From Camelus ferus (Eukaryota), in the NCBI RefSeq assembly GCF_009834535.1, contig NC_045696.1, positions 107,200,001 through 107,264,000 on the forward strand: DNA of 64,000 nt, read 5' to 3'. Positions 1 through 13,671 of this stretch are shown one piece after another. Both the position numbers and the translations under genes were made by a program. Under the pieces are notes generated by a model. The model was not told the origin of the DNA, made no database searches, and worked only from the letters and a program-made list of their open reading frames with translations. Position 1 is the first letter of the stretch; the number at the start of each line of letters is the position of its first letter.

Positions 1-1189
1 TCTGAGGGACACTAGTGATCTGTTTCTCACACAGCACTGTGGGAAAGGCATATATGCAGAGACACTGTCCACTTTAAAATCTGGGGAGAAACAGAATAAA
101 AATTAAAAGCTTTCCGGAACAGACATTGGGACAACGTTGGAAGGATGGTTAGAAGAACAGAGACGCGAAAGGTGGCCAAGAGGCGTGGCATCTGTCTCCC
201 CAGACGAAAGTGGTCATTCTCTCATAGAATCTCCTTGTCTCTTGGTCTCATCTCAGCTGCTTCGTTTCCTCCAAAAGCTATTTTTAAGGTGTGGCTCATA
301 ATGCATTAGGATTCCTAGGAGCTCTTGCCATTCGAGGGCTTTTCTTGTGCACCTGAAATTCTATAACGGACCCTTTATATGGTTCTTCTCTGCCCCCTTA
401 CTCTGTGGCTTCCTAACAACACACTGAGTCTTGGGCGGATCCGAGTGCTCCCTGAGCCTCATGTCAGGAGGAAACTCTGCGGGGTCACTGAATGTAGGAC
501 CAGAAGAGAGAAAACGAGGGAGGGTGTTAAGAGTGGAATAGCCCATGAGCAGAGGGTAAGCGTGGGCAACAGAGTTGAGAGGAAAGCCAAAAAGGGTGAC
601 TACCAGATGCAGTCCAGCCGAGGAGGCTGAGCTTTTCACCATGTACGGGGAAAAGAGCTTGCAACCTGCTGAGCCAGGAATGCCCCTCCCATCATCACTG
701 TCATCATCATCATTCTGGGTTCATTCAGGGATTCTTCTTTTATTACCCAGCTCTGCTTCCACTCACGACAGAGGAGCAATCATCAGACCAGATAAATTTT
801 AAAACCTGATCAAAATATAAAACCAACTTCCTTAAGTCACTGGAAAGCAACCCAAAGTTGACACTTGGAAGAAGGGAATGTCTCTGGGTGAGTTTCCCAC
901 TTTTTTTTTTTTTACAGTTCTGGGTCTGTAGGCAGGTTTCTCTTGGTGCCATGAACAGTGACAGTCCTGCTGGCTTGAAGAACCAGAAAACAGATACGGG
1001 TGCAAACACAGAAGTTAGAAAGTGAGAGGACCAGAGGTAAGCGTTAATGGACTAGACGTTCCAATTACGTGGCAGAGGTTGTTGGAATGGATTTATTTAA
1101 AAGAAAAAAATCTCTATGCTGCTTCAAGAGAGATTTTAAATCTGAGGACACAGGTAAGTTTAAGGTAAAAATATGGAAGAAGACACCCC

Positions 1190-1545
1190 ATACAAATAGT
1201 AAACAAAAAAAGGGCCACATTGATAGCAGGAGAAGGAGTACTGCCAGAGATAAAGAGGGACATTTCATGATGATAAAAAGACTCAGTGACTCAGGAAGAC
1301 CTATCAATCAGAAATATGTATGCACCTAAGTACATGAAGGAAAAATTGACATAAAAGGAGAAACAGACACATTCACACTCATAGTTAGAGATTTTTGGTG
1401 TCTCTCAATAACCAATAAAACTACATCAAAAAAAAATCAGTAAGGACAAAGACGATCTGAATAGTATTATCAAACATTTTGGCCCAATTTATATCTATCA
1501 AACATCACCCCAACAACTGCAAAATACACATCCTTTCATGCTTCA
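1190..1545 (+). mobile_element. Old L1 ORF2 endonuclease-region fragment
   Basis: Decayed 'RDKEGHFMMIK' motif plus A-rich L1 EN-like sequence. Confidence 0.7.
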
Positions 1546-2811
1546 AGGAACCCTGAGCCCCTCATGTTCTGGCTGAAGGGAACGCAACACCCCCCACCCC
1601 CCCACCATCCCCTGTGTCCGATACATCCCACTGCCTTTATGTTCCGCAGTAAACCATTCAGTCATCCGGAGGGGCTGGAGGGAAACTGATGCAAAGTACA
1701 CTGGTTGGTAAGCATCATGGAAAGGGGAAAATGAAATGAGCCAATATATGTAAAGTCTTAGAATGGTGCCTGGCCCTTAACCCTAGTTAGGGCTACTGTC
1801 CCCTAAAGTCGTGACCCCCTAGAAGTCCCGGAAAGAAAGGATAATAGGGTTGGGGGAGGGGGTCCTGAGGACTGGGCTGCAGGGAGGATTCATCCCCCTG
1901 TGAAGGGGGAGCACGGCCCATGCTCTCAGGGCCAGGAGACTTCCCAGGAGGGCCTCCTTCCAGAGGGACTCCAGGCGGAAAAGGAATTACACAGATGTGT
2001 AGTTTGCAGGAAGTTGTGGTTCTGGTTGCTTCTGAGAAGCTGCTAACCCCTCCTCCCAGGAGAGAACTGTGAGAAATCCCTGAGGTGAGAGGATGAGTTT
2101 ACTTTTGTTACGGTTTTGTTGTGTTTAGTTGCACTGCTTTGTGTTCTGAGGTCTGAGGTGGTGGGGGGAGGCAGACAGACGGAATGTGCCCGAAGCTCCG
2201 GAGGCCTGTTTTTGCTTCTCCCCAACCCTGGCTTTTGACCCACTGGGGTGACTCAGACCTGTGGCCCAGGGTCTTTAGGATAAGATAAGAAACCTGGCTT
2301 GTGAGATGTTGGGGGACATCCCCAACCTTGGGTGGTCACTGTGCAGGTTGAGATCATCCCCCAGCCCCCAGACAAAGGCAAAGCATGTGCACCCCACATT
2401 CAGACACATGCCCCCTCCCCAAGAACCAAGGAGGCTCTTGGCACATGAATTGAATATGTTGTGTTGGAAAGTATTACTGGATGGAGCTGCTGTTATAGTG
2501 ATAGGACGGGGCCAAGAACGTTCAGCAGGCTGGTCCAGTAAGACTGTGCATGAGTCCTGAAATGCCTTACCCTCCTGCAAGGCCCTGAGGGTAAGGACCG
2601 GTGGCCGGATGGGAGCCTGAGGAAGGCCACCGCTCCCTGGAGAAGGGCGGTCTCCCAGCCTGCCCCTCTGGTTAGAAGGGAAATCCTATAAGTGCTTCTC
2701 TCCCCTCTTTGTGCCAATGCTTGGAAACTCACAAATCATGTGTCCCTGTCCCACTCAGGTTCAAACTAATCTGGTTAGTATCACGCAGAAAGGAGAAAAG
2801 AACACAGTTAC

Positions 2812-2954
2812 CAAGGTGTCAGGGAGCACCACCACGGGGCAGCAGGCGTGCCGGAGCAGCCGGCCCATTTTCCAGACGGAGAGCGGCACAACCACAAGGA
2901 TCAGCATGAAGCCCACAAAGGCAAACAGGGCCAGCGCCAGGGGCAGGGTCTCTC
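2812..2954 (-). CDS. IL20RB: IL20RB exon 6, transmembrane helix and juxtamembrane region (GETLPLALALFAFVGFMLILVVVPLSVWKMGRLLRHACCPVVVLPDTL), 143 nt
   Basis: Acceptor tttccag| at 2955 and donor TTG|gtaact at 2811. Hydrophobic TM segment followed by a PxxL box1-like motif. The terminal exon was not found in the window. Confidence 0.98.
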
Positions 2955-3929
2955 CTGGAAACAGAAAGACAGCAAGCAGTTCAGGAGACAACAGTGAAGA
3001 TGAACTCGCCAATCCTGGGCCTCCCGCACTCTCCTGTCGTTGGCTCTGCAGAGCAGCCAAGAGAGCAAATGCCAGCACCCCGAGGTTTGATGGATGACTT
3101 ATGACAAAAAGTTTCCACCATTAAGACCATTTTCCTAGAATCCAGGTGAAGGCTTGGTTTCCAGAAAGCCCCAGGGAAGATTACAATCTTTTTCTGGGGA
3201 AGGGAAAAGGAGGAGTTCCACTGTGAAGGCCCCAGGCAGGAGGAGGAGTGAGCAGCACAGAGGGAGCTGGGCGGTAACTGAAAAAAAAGTGTGTTTCACA
3301 ATTTGCTCTTGGCACTGATTCACACTGTGGAGGAAAATACTGAGTTCAGAACACAGTCACATAATAACTCTGATATATCAAGCCCCTACAATGGTTAAGT
3401 GACTTACCCCAGGTCACACAGGTAGGACTGGCTCCACATTCTACTAAGTGATGTATCAGAAAGTGCCAAGTCTGAGCGTCTGGAGATGCGGAAGGAAGGA
3501 TGGATTATTTTCCCATCTCTCTTGTCCTGTGGAACCTCAGGCAGTTCTTTAGCCCCTCTGGGCTGGACTGCTCACCCACGATGCAAAGGGTGGCCCAGCC
3601 AGCCAGTGAGGCTTCGGAGAGGCTAGTGGGCTCTCCCGTGTGCCTGGGGGCACCTTGGTTTGTTTCAATGCTTTCCGAAACTATTTTGGCAGTACACATC
3701 AAGAGATGTACAAATGTTCATACCCTTTCATCCACTCCTGTGAGTAGATTCCAAAAAGATAGTTCCAAGGAAGGAAACAATTATATGCATAAAGCAGTTT
3801 CACAGCGGTATCTGGACCAGAGCAGCAGCCTCATAACCAGTTTCTCTCTCTGCCCAAAGCAGAACACCTGCGCCTCCCGCCGCCCCCAGCGTGCTCTGGT
3901 GTGTCTTCTCATAGCGCGTAGGACCAAGT

Positions 3930-4095
3930 GAAACCATCTCATTTGCTTACTGATTTGCACTCTGTCTCCCCAGCCAGAAGGTAAGCTCTGTGAGGGCAGA
4001 GACTTCCCTGCTGTGGCCCAGTGACAGGGCCAGCACTTAGCACAGAGTCAGTGCTCAGTAATTATTCACTAAGTGAATGAATGTATCAGTGAATG
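3930..4095. mobile_element. L2 3' end fragment
   Basis: gtaagctctgtgagggcagagac...cagcacttagcacagagtcagtgctcagtaaa...tgaatgaatg is the typical L2 3' terminus. Confidence 0.7.
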
Positions 4096-4703
4096 AACAT
4101 CATCTTCAAAAGCAGATAGAAATTATCTAAATACCCCAAAATAGAGGATGACTGAATACATTATGGAGGATCAGCATGGCAGGTTAGGAGTTGGCTATTA
4201 AAATGAGAATTAGGACATATACAAGCTTGCTCATTACAGCATGGGTTGTAGCGGCAAAAGACTAGAAAGCACAGAATATGCCTATTAACAGGGGGACGGT
4301 TACATATAATTTTGCACATCCATATATTGGCTTGTTATGCGTCTTCCTTAAGGATGAGGTGGATCCATATGCACTGACATGAAAAGATGTTCACAATAGA
4401 CTCCAAGTGTAGATAAGTGAGGCACAGAACAGTGAGCACAGTACAGTCCCATTTGTGCCTGTGAGTACTGGTGTAACACAGTGACTGGAATATTAAATGC
4501 CAAATTTGCCAAAAGAAATCTTCTGGGTGGTGTGAGGGAGAATGGAGAACATGTACCTCTTATTTTACACTTCTGTGTCATTTGAATTTTTTAACAAGCT
4601 TGGCTTGCATGGTTTTAAAAAGTAGTGTAAAATGGTTGTCAGAAAATCTACATGGAAAATGTTCTGGATATGATATTTGTAAAAAAGAAAAAAAAAGCAG
4701 GCA

Positions 4704-4769
4704 GATGCTGTGTACCAGAAATTGACACATTGTAACTGACTATACTTCAATTAAAAAAATGATAATAAC
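4704..4769 (+). mobile_element. 66-bp 5'-truncated L1 3' tip with a 13-bp TSD
   Basis: gctgtgtaccagaaattgacacattgtaactgactatacttcaatt, flanked by aaaaaagcaggca at 4691-4703 and 4770-4782. Confidence 0.85.
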
Positions 4770-4829
4770 AAAAAAGCAGGCACAAAGTGTTTGTATAATA
4801 CAATTACGACATGTGTCCATATGAAGGAT

Positions 4830-5385
4830 AACACCCCTTTCAAGGGCAATTTGGAAACAGAAGTCAAAATTCAAATGTGCTTGCCTTTGACCAAACAACT
4901 CTACTTCCAGGAATTTATCCTACAAATACACCAGCAAATGATCTGTGTACAAGGTAATTAATTAAAGCATTGGATGTAATAGTAAACTATTGGGGAAAAA
5001 AACTAAATGCCCATCAATAGGGGATTCATTAAATTAGTCATATGTACATACAATGGAATACTATGTAGCTGTAAAGAAGGATGGAGAAGTTCTTTATAGA
5101 TGTGGAAAAATCTACAACATATATAAAGTGAAAAAGACAAGATCCAAAACAGCACATAGAACATGCTACCATGTGTGCTAAAAAGAAGGGAAATATATAA
5201 AAATATATTCTCATCTGCTTGTAAATGTGTTTAAAAGAAGGGTATACAAAAAGCTAATACCTGTTGGGGAGGGGTGCAGATTATATGGTTGAGAAGGAAG
5301 GGGAGGAAGGAGTTTCCATGTGTATCTTATCATATTTTTGAACCATATAAATGTATCAAATATTCAAAATAATAATTTTTTAAAG
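4830..5385 (+). mobile_element. Old L1 (L1ME-like) 3' region
   Basis: ctttgacc...ctacttccaggaatttatcctaca; aactaaatgcccatcaatagggga; caatggaatactat. Boundaries approximate. Confidence 0.7.
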
Positions 5386-5895
5386 ACTAGAAAGTTAGAC
5401 ACTAATGTCACTAGTGGCTTTGTGTGGCAGGATCACAGGATGTGGGGTTTGGTTTGGTTTGGTTTCTTTTCATCGTAAGTTTTTAGACTATAAAAACTTC
5501 AGGGGAAAAAATTAAGTCAAACAAGAGGATTCTGTAGACTTTCCACAAGGCCTCTCCCAGCTGAGAGCGGTTGTGCTGTACGGTGGGCTACGTCCTCATG
5601 AGGCCTGACTCTCAGGCCCCTGGCGGCCTCACCTGCAAACCCCTCTGATTCACAGGCAGCTGCCACCCACTAACCCAGCCTTGCAAAGTCTGGTCTCAGG
5701 CCCCAGGACCCTTCAGGGAAAAGTATCCCAGACAGCTGCCAAGTGACCCCCTGCCCAGCCCTAGGGTGGACCACAGGAACCCACCCCATCTAGGTGGGAG
5801 GGGAGACTCGGAACCAGAGGAAGCAACGGCACCGAGCATCCCCCAAGAGGGGGTGTGACCCGGGCGGGGCTGCAGAGACAGACAGGCAGCCTTAC

Positions 5896-6046
5896 CTTGC
5901 ACCTTGACACATTCCGCCTGGCTGAAGGCACTGTGCCTCCCAATGGCCTTCACGAAGGTCTGGGCCTTCACGCAGAAGGCAGAGCCTGGCTCCATGGTTT
6001 CCAGGTGCACTGGAACACCCCCATTCCTCACCATCTTGACGTGTTC
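5896..6046 (-). CDS. IL20RB: IL20RB exon 5 (EHVKMVRNGGVPVHLETMEPGSAFCVKAQTFVKAIGRHSAFSQAECVKVQ), 151 nt
   Basis: Acceptor ttcctaaag| at 6047 and donor CAAG|gtaagg at 5895. Carries the conserved Cys pair of FN3 domain 2. Confidence 0.98.
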
Positions 6047-6157
6047 CTTTAGGAACCAAAAAATAGTGACACCCTGAGGGAAGCAGGACAGGAAAGAGGG
6101 AGAGGGGAGGGAAGGAAACCTGCAAATATTTCTTTCCAGGATGCAAACAGAATGTTC

Positions 6158-6445
6158 CTCATTCATTCGTATTTATTTCTTTATTCTTTAGCACCTACTG
6201 GGGGCCAGGCACTGTTGTAGGCACTGGGACATTGAACAAAACAAAGTTCCTGTTCTTAGGGAGCTTATGTGGGGGAACACAGACAATGAAGAACACATGT
6301 GGTGATGTTGGGCTATGAAGGAAAATGAAGTAGGGCAGGCAGGGAGAGAGCAATGAGGAAGCACTAGAAGACGGGCAGAGGAGGCCTCTCCAACAGCATA
6401 ATGTTTGGACAGAGACCTGAAGGTCAGAAAATGACCAGGGGTGTG
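6158..6445. mobile_element. L2 fragment
   Basis: cattcattc...agcacctactgggggccaggcactgttgtaggcactggg...agagacctgaagg pattern. Confidence 0.65.
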
Positions 6446-8067
6446 TCCTGACCACTGCTGCCCAGGGGATCAGTGCACAGGAGCAGTGGAGCCAGTGGGC
6501 AGTGCCTTCTCACACACCCATCCGTCCAGTGTGTCTATCCATCCGTCCGCATACCCCTCCACCCCCACCTACCCTCCAAGGCCTGTGCTCTATGTCTGAA
6601 CCTATGGGCCAAGCCCAGGTGACTCAGGGTACATGCTCCTCCCCCAGCACCAGCCCCATGCCTCCCAAAGCATCGGAGGGATCTGCCTGCTCCCTCCAGC
6701 CCAGGCCCTGATCTGTCCCTGACCACCACTCCATCTGCCTGGCTGGCAATGCCATGTTCTACCACAGGGTGCTGGCTAGCCCAATAGGAGTAAATACTGG
6801 AAACCATTCCTATGGCCCATTTCACCTACACATATCACCTTTCAGGTGAAGCTACCCAACCCCCATCCCCTGATGAGTGGGCCACACGCCCTGTCTCTCA
6901 GGCAGTGTCATTAGATCAGGGGTACCCTTGGCCTGAGAAGGGTCTATCAGAGCCTGGCCAGCAACTGGTAATCCAGAGGCTTGGCCTGATAAGATAAGCA
7001 GGACCAGTCACATTTCCTCTCCTGGGAACTGGTCTTGGGGAACTGAACACCTGTAGCTAGAAGCAGGGACCAAGGGGAGAGGACATGGTGGGGGGTAGTC
7101 AGGCCCAGTAAGAGTCTGATAGCCACAGGCACGTACAGGAAGGAGTGTGAGGGATCAGGGCCTGGGGGTAAGCTGGGGAGGCGGTCAGGGAAAGAGTGCT
7201 GGAGAGAGGGCCCACCAGAGGGCAGTGAGGATTTCACCGGATCCCTGCGTAAGTGAGGCAGTGCAGCAGCCCGGCTGTGGGCCTGCTCTGTGCAGTCTGT
7301 GAGAGCCCCTTACTGCACCGTATTCATCCTTGTGATAAAGCCTATTTTCCCTTGTATCGACTGGAGCCAGCCTTGTCACCATGTCCGTGGGGACAGGGCC
7401 TCCACAGGGCTGCTAAATCCCCACCCCTTCTGTGGCTGCGGCTGCAGGATGTTTGGCCCCTCCCTCTGAGAGAGCTGACCTCCCACCCAGCCCAGCCTGC
7501 AGCAGACGTCCCACGGGATGGGCAGCACCCCATTTAGGCATTCTGGGCGACCCACCCACTCATAAAAAGATTTGTTCGTATGTCAGCTCCTGGCTCTCTG
7601 CCCCAACTTCTGCACCCCACCCAAAGACACACCCTCCAGAGGTTTGTGCCGACCTCCTACACTATTGAAGTCATCCTGGTGATCTGGAGCACCCTGGTCC
7701 TGAACATGCCAGGGAGAATGGCCAAGAAGACACACTGATAAGGGAGAAGAAATGCGCTGAAAAGGTATCATGGGTCTGACTATGTTAGAGTTCAGGGCAA
7801 GGAGGCAGCCCCCAGACTTCAGCAAATCTGGCCTGAGAAGTCTCCAGCTGAGGTCTGGGTTGGACCAAGGCAGTCCTTTGAGGACAAAGCTGTGGGGATT
7901 GTCAGTTTCTTCCCATCCCTCCTTTCTCACACTTCACCTAGGCCTGCTCACCCTCAGGCCTCCTGAGACAGCACACAATGCAGGGGCTGGCTTTCCTCAC
8001 CCAGCTCTCAGAGGTCTGTGACTTCTTCCCCAAAGTCTAACTCAAAGGGAAAGGCCAGACGTCTCAC

Positions 8068-8192
8068 CTCGGCACCAGACTCCTTCCTCCAGTAGGCCAC
8101 GAAATACTCAAATTGGGGCCCCAGGTCTTCCAGCTTAATAACCAGGTGGAAGCCATCCTGGGTGACTTCCATTTCAGGTGGGGTGAGGATGG
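8068..8192 (-). CDS. IL20RB: IL20RB exon 4 (TILTPPEMEVTQDGFHLVIKLEDLGPQFEYFVAYWRKESGAE), 125 nt
   Basis: Acceptor ccaacag| at 8193 and donor GAG|gtgaga at 8067. Start of the second FN3 domain. Confidence 0.98.
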
Positions 8193-9407
8193 CTGTTGGC
8201 AAGATAAGGGGAAAATCAGAGCCAGCTCCAGACAGGACTGATTTCTGTTCAAGAACACCATGACCAAGTCATCGGTGGAAACATGCCAGGTTCGTGGGAA
8301 TGGGGGGAGTTTGGATGTGGCTTCACAGCATGCAGAAGCATGTACACCAGTCCTCTCCTGTACTCAGCAAGTGCTCAGTACAGCAAATGAACGATGAGCA
8401 AATGAAAGAAACAAACAATAGCAACTTACTACAATTCCCATAGATCAGTGATATAGACAGGCTGCTGATAACATTCAAACACCAGCAAATCAGCAGCCTG
8501 TGGATGGGTTGGCCTTTCTATTCTCCACCCAAAGATTATTCATCTCATATCCTTCATGGGGGATGTTGAAAAATCAGAGGGTTTTACAAATTCCAATAAT
8601 CACCTCTAGAAATTACAGCATAAACACAAATATTATCTTTCATATAATTGGATCCCAGAGAGGCCAGCAGCCCTCAATGATACTGTCCCGTCAGCAGACC
8701 AAGAACAGAAGGGCCCACAGACAGTCTTTAGCTCCTGGCTACTGATGATGGATCCAGACGTGCCTCTCAGATCCAGACTCTGCAGGACCAGAAGGCCACC
8801 CCGACTGCGGGCCTTGGCTTAGGAAGTAGACTGGAGTGTGTTCTGGGCTAAATCCTCCTGCACTGGTGTCAGTGGATACTCAAAAGAAAGGAAGTTCCTG
8901 CAGAGAGCTTTCAGAGAACAAAGCATTTCCTGGCATTTGAAGAGCTGCCTGAATAGGGGACAGGAGGACTCAGGAAGTCAGGGACCAACCCAGCAAAAAA
9001 TACCCAGTTCAGAGGCTTCATATGACCTACCTCTGAAACAACTCTAGCAGAAAGAGAGATGTTTGACCCTTCCAGTTTTAAGTCAAACATGATTAGAAGT
9101 GGATCCCCTGATCTCTATTTTTGTTAAGAATAGAATTAGAGAAAATAGCCCAATATCATTTCAGTTCAGAGAATTTTTTGACAGTATTGGGGCAGGAAAC
9201 TCTGTCCTTTGTAATCAACATACTTACCTCACTTAATCCATCCAGCATGCTTAAGAAGGTAAATACTGTTCCTATTGTACAGATGGTGGAACTGAGCCTC
9301 AGAGAGGTTAAGTGACTTTCCCAGAATCACCCAGTTAATGGTCAGAATTTGAGCCCATGTCTTTCCACATTTCTAGACTCTGCTGTGTCAGCTGTTTAGC
9401 ACTGTGC

Positions 9408-9571
9408 CAGAGGATCTCAACTCTGAGATTAACCTGGAGAGAACTTTTAATTTCCAATGAACAGAATGTACATAGACCATTTAAATCAGACTCTGGGGAG
9501 GAATCCCAGAGATAAGCGGTTCTAAAGTTCCCTGTGACTTGACTTCATGCAATCGAAGTTAAGAGCTTCTG
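9408..9571. mobile_element. MER5-like hAT-Charlie relic, preceded by a MIR (about 9225-9360)
   Basis: cag..tctcaac...aaatcagactctgggg...aagttaagagc..ctg terminal pattern. The MIR core acagatggtggaactgagcctcagagaggttaagtgactt lies upstream. Confidence 0.55.
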
Positions 9572-10849
9572 CCCTCAACAAAGGCTTCCCTTTAAGAGCA
9601 GGAGCTCTTTTTCAGGAAAGCCTTAAAACAAGATTTTTCACATGTCTGAGAAGAAGTCAGGGTGATCTTTTTCAAAGGCCAAAGAACAGACTTAATACTC
9701 TTCAGAGTTTCGATTCCATCCCAGCTCTGCAGCTAACTCCACCTGCACAGGGACCACACAGGACGGGCATCTTCTGCTCCTGGCGCAGGTAGAGAGGCTT
9801 TTGCTCCGCAGCTCCCCCAGTGCAGCGAGTCCTTCCCTGTTTATGTTGGCTTTCTCCAGCACTACTGCACACCCGCCCCACTTCCTTATTTCCAAATGCC
9901 CCTTGCCTTCCTTTTCAACAACAGCCACCAGCCCCCAGCAATGATCTCAGCTGGAGCCTTGTGCTTCTGGGAGCCAGAGGGAGGTGGTGCGGTGCCTCCT
10001 GGGCACTGCAGGCCAGAGGCAGAGCTGCACCACCCTCCAGTATCCCTCAGGCTCCCCCAGTGCCTGGCGCTGGGATCCCACTGCTTCCACCGTGTCCTCC
10101 TGGTGCCTAGGGAAAGAGCCCGAGCAGAGGAGCCCGCATTCTGCACCAAAACTCCTATTGGTGTCCCACTCCAAGGGTCTCATTCCTGCCCCCACCTCTT
10201 CCCTCCTTCCTCTGCTCTCTGGCCTTCAACTCTGGGCATCCCTAGGGCAATAACAATAATAATAACACTTACTAACAGCTGGGTGCTATGACAGGAGAGC
10301 ACTGCCCCGAGCATTTACACATCTCATCTTGCCCACAACTACCCAGTGAGGCAAACCGTTGCCTTTCTTACAGAGGGGTGGGCAGAGACCCAGCCATCGA
10401 GGGGCTGAGCTGGGATTTGAACCACATCTGTCTGACTCTGGAGGACCAACTCTCCCTTCAAATCTATCTTCACCTTCCTCAGCCCCTTTCCAGCATGGGC
10501 TCCCCCACCTTCTAAACTTTCCTGATTTCTACTCAATCTCCTACACTCCTCAGTAACATTTGACTCGTTCCATTACTGTAGATGCCACCCCAAAACTTCT
10601 TCTGTCCCTACTCACAGCAGGGGAGCACCCGCCACACTGAGAAAACAGAATTCACTGAAGGCCTTTCCCTTGCCTCTCCTGCATCTCTGAATGGGTCACA
10701 CCTTTTGCCACAGCCATGCTTCTTCCCACCTCCACACAACCGTCCAGCCGGCACCTGATCGCATCCGCATTGCTCCGTGAAGCCACTTTCTCAAGGACCC
10801 GTTTAGGGGCCTCCTTCAGGCCGGTCAGCTGCTGTCTGTTCTCCCACGA

Positions 10850-11530
10850 CCCTCTCCCTGCCCAGCCACCTACTGGCGTCCTTCCCTCTGTCCTCTTTTT
10901 AAATCAGAGATTTCCCAGGATCCTGCCCTGGTCCTCTTTGCCCTCATATCTTGTCCCGGGACAATCTCACATGCTCCCAAGCCACTAGCTATTAATTTTG
11001 TGTTATGTGTCCGACCTTGATCTGTCTGAGCCCCGGGGCCTGATTTCCAACCGCCAATCAGACATTTGTGGCGTGTTATCTTATAGGAATCTCAATCTCA
11101 AAGAGCCCAAAGGCAGGAGTATCTCCTGTTCCTCAAGACCAGTTGCCTTCCTGGGTTCTCTGCCTTGGATGACATTCTCATCAGCCCCAACAGGAAGACG
11201 GACACTATTATTATGTCCTCCATTATTTCTGTCGCCCAGTAACTGGTTTTCAAGCTCTGTCTTTTCTAACTCAGCCATGCCTTGTGAACTTGTCCTCTCC
11301 TCCCCATGCCCTCCCCTACTCCTGGGGTTAGGACCCACCCGGGCTCAGCTGGGGGTTACAGCAGCCTCCTCACTCTTCCCGTGCCCTGCAGGCTTGTCCT
11401 GCCCCATTTACTTTTCACACTACAGCCAGAGTGATTGTTCTCTAAGACAGACCCAGCCCAGACCCTCTGTTCTTCCATGACCCGCCTCTGCTGATCTGAT
11501 GAGGCTTTAGGTCAAAGCCCTTTGCCATGT
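10850..11530. mobile_element. L2 body fragment
   Basis: Pyrimidine-rich L2-like ...ttccaaccgccaatcagacatt...aatctcaatctcaaag...cacactacagccagagtgat. Boundaries approximate. Confidence 0.5.
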
Positions 11531-12020
11531 GACCAGCTGCTTCCTTACTCTGCCATATTTGGCCTCCGATCTGGAGTCTTCCCTTACTTCTTAATCATTT
11601 TCCATGTTCTGTCAGTATGAAAAAGTCATTTATTTCCAAGGGACTGTTTCTGTCAGTCTGTTAATGCATCACCCCTGTTGCACAGAGAGGATGCTGACAC
11701 CGGAAGCGAAGATGCAGTTAATGAGGCGCCAGATGGGAGGCACTGCCAGGGCAGAGAGAGGCCGTCCTAGCCCCCTCTCCTCTCTTCCAGGTCAGCGTTC
11801 CTTCCAGAGACAGGAATGACTTCCAAAGTCTCTCTCAAAATGAGAGAAGACGGTCTGTGGGAAGCAGCTGGCAATATTTGAAATGGACCGGTCATGGTTG
11901 CTTACTTCCCCAATACTCTCCCTGGCTTTGCAAGACTAATTTGATGCTAAAAAGAATACCCAAACCCTCAGTGAAAGGGAGGCTGGTGGGGGCAGAGGAG
12001 GAAGGAGAGAAGGGCCTTAC

Positions 12021-12211
12021 TCGAGTTTCGATTAAAGGGCTGCTTCAGGGTGCTCCAGGCTGAGGTCTGTGAGCCCAGGGTGGCCCTGACGCGGAGGTTG
12101 TAGGGTACAGTGGCAGTGATGTCGTCTGTGATGTCACACTCAGGGCCTGCGGTGGGGGAGCACCAGCTGCTGGGGATCCAGATGTGGCTCATGTACAGGC
12201 TCTCGTACTCT
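12021..12211 (-). CDS. IL20RB: IL20RB exon 3 (EYESLYMSHIWIPSSWCSPTAGPECDITDDITATVPYNLRVRATLGSQTSAWSTLKQPFNRNS), 191 nt
   Basis: Acceptor ttggccag| at 12212 and donor TCGA|gtaagg at 12020. The phases fit both neighbouring exons. Confidence 0.98.
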
Positions 12212-12818
12212 CTGGCCAAAGAGAGGAGGGGAAGCGTCACACCAGCCCCTTTGACCCGGGCTCAGTGGTCGTTGCAAGAAACTGTCTCATTCACCTACTT
12301 TTTATGGGTCAGAAGAAGATTCTGCTCCACACTCTAGTTCCTCCCCTCTCGTCCCTCACCCACCACCCACTCTTCCTCACTCTTTTTCTCGCCAGGCAAG
12401 GGAAACCTAGGCTTAAACCCCAACCTGTCCTGGTCTCTCCATCTGCCCGGTCACCACCCCAGTCTCAGTCACTACATCCCTTCCCCTGCTGTGTCTCCTG
12501 ACTAATTTTCCTGCTTCCATTCCTGCCATTCTTCTGTTCATCACTCAGTAGAGCATCACAATTCTCTCCTTAGTGGCTTCCAAGGCACTTAGAATGGAAT
12601 CCAGACTCTCCCCCATGGCCTGCAAGACTCTCTGGGCTCCTTTCTTACTCCACCCCTTAACACGCTGCTCTCTCCTCGCCCTTCCTCCAACAAGCCAAGC
12701 TCTTTTTACCTTAGAACCTTTCCTGACCACCTAATAAAAAGCTGCCCCAGAGTCAACTCTGTTGCATCAGCCTTTAAGCTTCCTCCTAGTGCTGATCTCT
12801 GTCTTAACTCGCCTAGAG

Positions 12819-13033
12819 CAGTGCTGCCCAACAGAACTTTCTGTACTGGTGGCAATGCTGTCTCGGTGTTGTTCAGTATAGTAGCCACTATCCACATGCA
12901 GCTATTAAGAACGTGAAGTGTGGCTCATATGACTGGGAAACATTTTAATTTGATTTTTTAAATTTAATTTAACTAATTTAAGTTTGAATAGTTATCCGTA
13001 TCTAGAGGCTACCTACCACACTGGACAGTGCAG
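12819..13033. mobile_element. MER3-like hAT-Charlie MITE
   Basis: Imperfect terminal inverted repeats cagtgctgcccaacag ... ctggacagtgcag, with internal gtagccact..ccacatg and an AT-rich core. Confidence 0.8.
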
Positions 13034-13671
13034 ACTTAGTGTATTTATTTCTTTACCCTTTTATGGCCTCTTCCTCTAAATGTAAGCTCCCTATATCCAG
13101 AAATTTTGTCGACGGTACCCAAGTATGGGAGAATGTCTCCACAGCGTAGGCTGCTCAGTTTGTATTCATTGTTAGTGAAATATATAGAGCACCTCCTGTG
13201 TCCCTGTCACTCCTCAACAGCTCTGAGGGCCAGGACACCTGGAGAAGGGCCGGCTGACCTACAGTGTCATGATTTGTTTTGGTTCCTAGGGGCAGGCTCA
13301 CAGTCAGGAAAGCTGAGGTCTCCACCACCCCCAAAGGATCTGAGTCTCCAGTGATTTCTCCACCTTAATTCAGAGTCAAACTGATTTATTCTTAAGATTT
13401 TCTTCAGCATGGGACTGACTCACTGCTGAAAAGAAGCCTCACCAAAATGTGCTTATACATATCGTGTTTCCGGGGAGCCCACCGTCAAATCCACAGGGCA
13501 ATTTCCCTCGCTGCTTCAACCCTCTCACTGCCCTTGCAGACAGAGGGGGCAGATCATAGGACATCTCTCCCTGGGCCCTCAGTGCCTTCTGGAGCTCGGG
13601 GATGAGGGATGGGCCTCCAGGAATTAACTACTGTCTAAAGGGAAAAAACGCAAAACAAAAACAAAACTCAC

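Noticed and set aside
1773..1795. Telomere-like taaccct/ttaggg inverted pair
   Set aside because: There is only one unit on each side, which is too short to be meaningful.
2043..2243. Possible IL20RB terminal exon
   Set aside because: It does not resemble the expected C-terminus (human approximately KITNSPQKLISCRREEVDACAT...). The last exon is probably outside the window.
5696..5895. In-frame read-through of IL20RB exon 5 into the intron (soluble receptor)
   Set aside because: The donor AAG|gtaagg is strong and I saw no nearby poly(A) signal on the minus strand. An open frame alone is insufficient.
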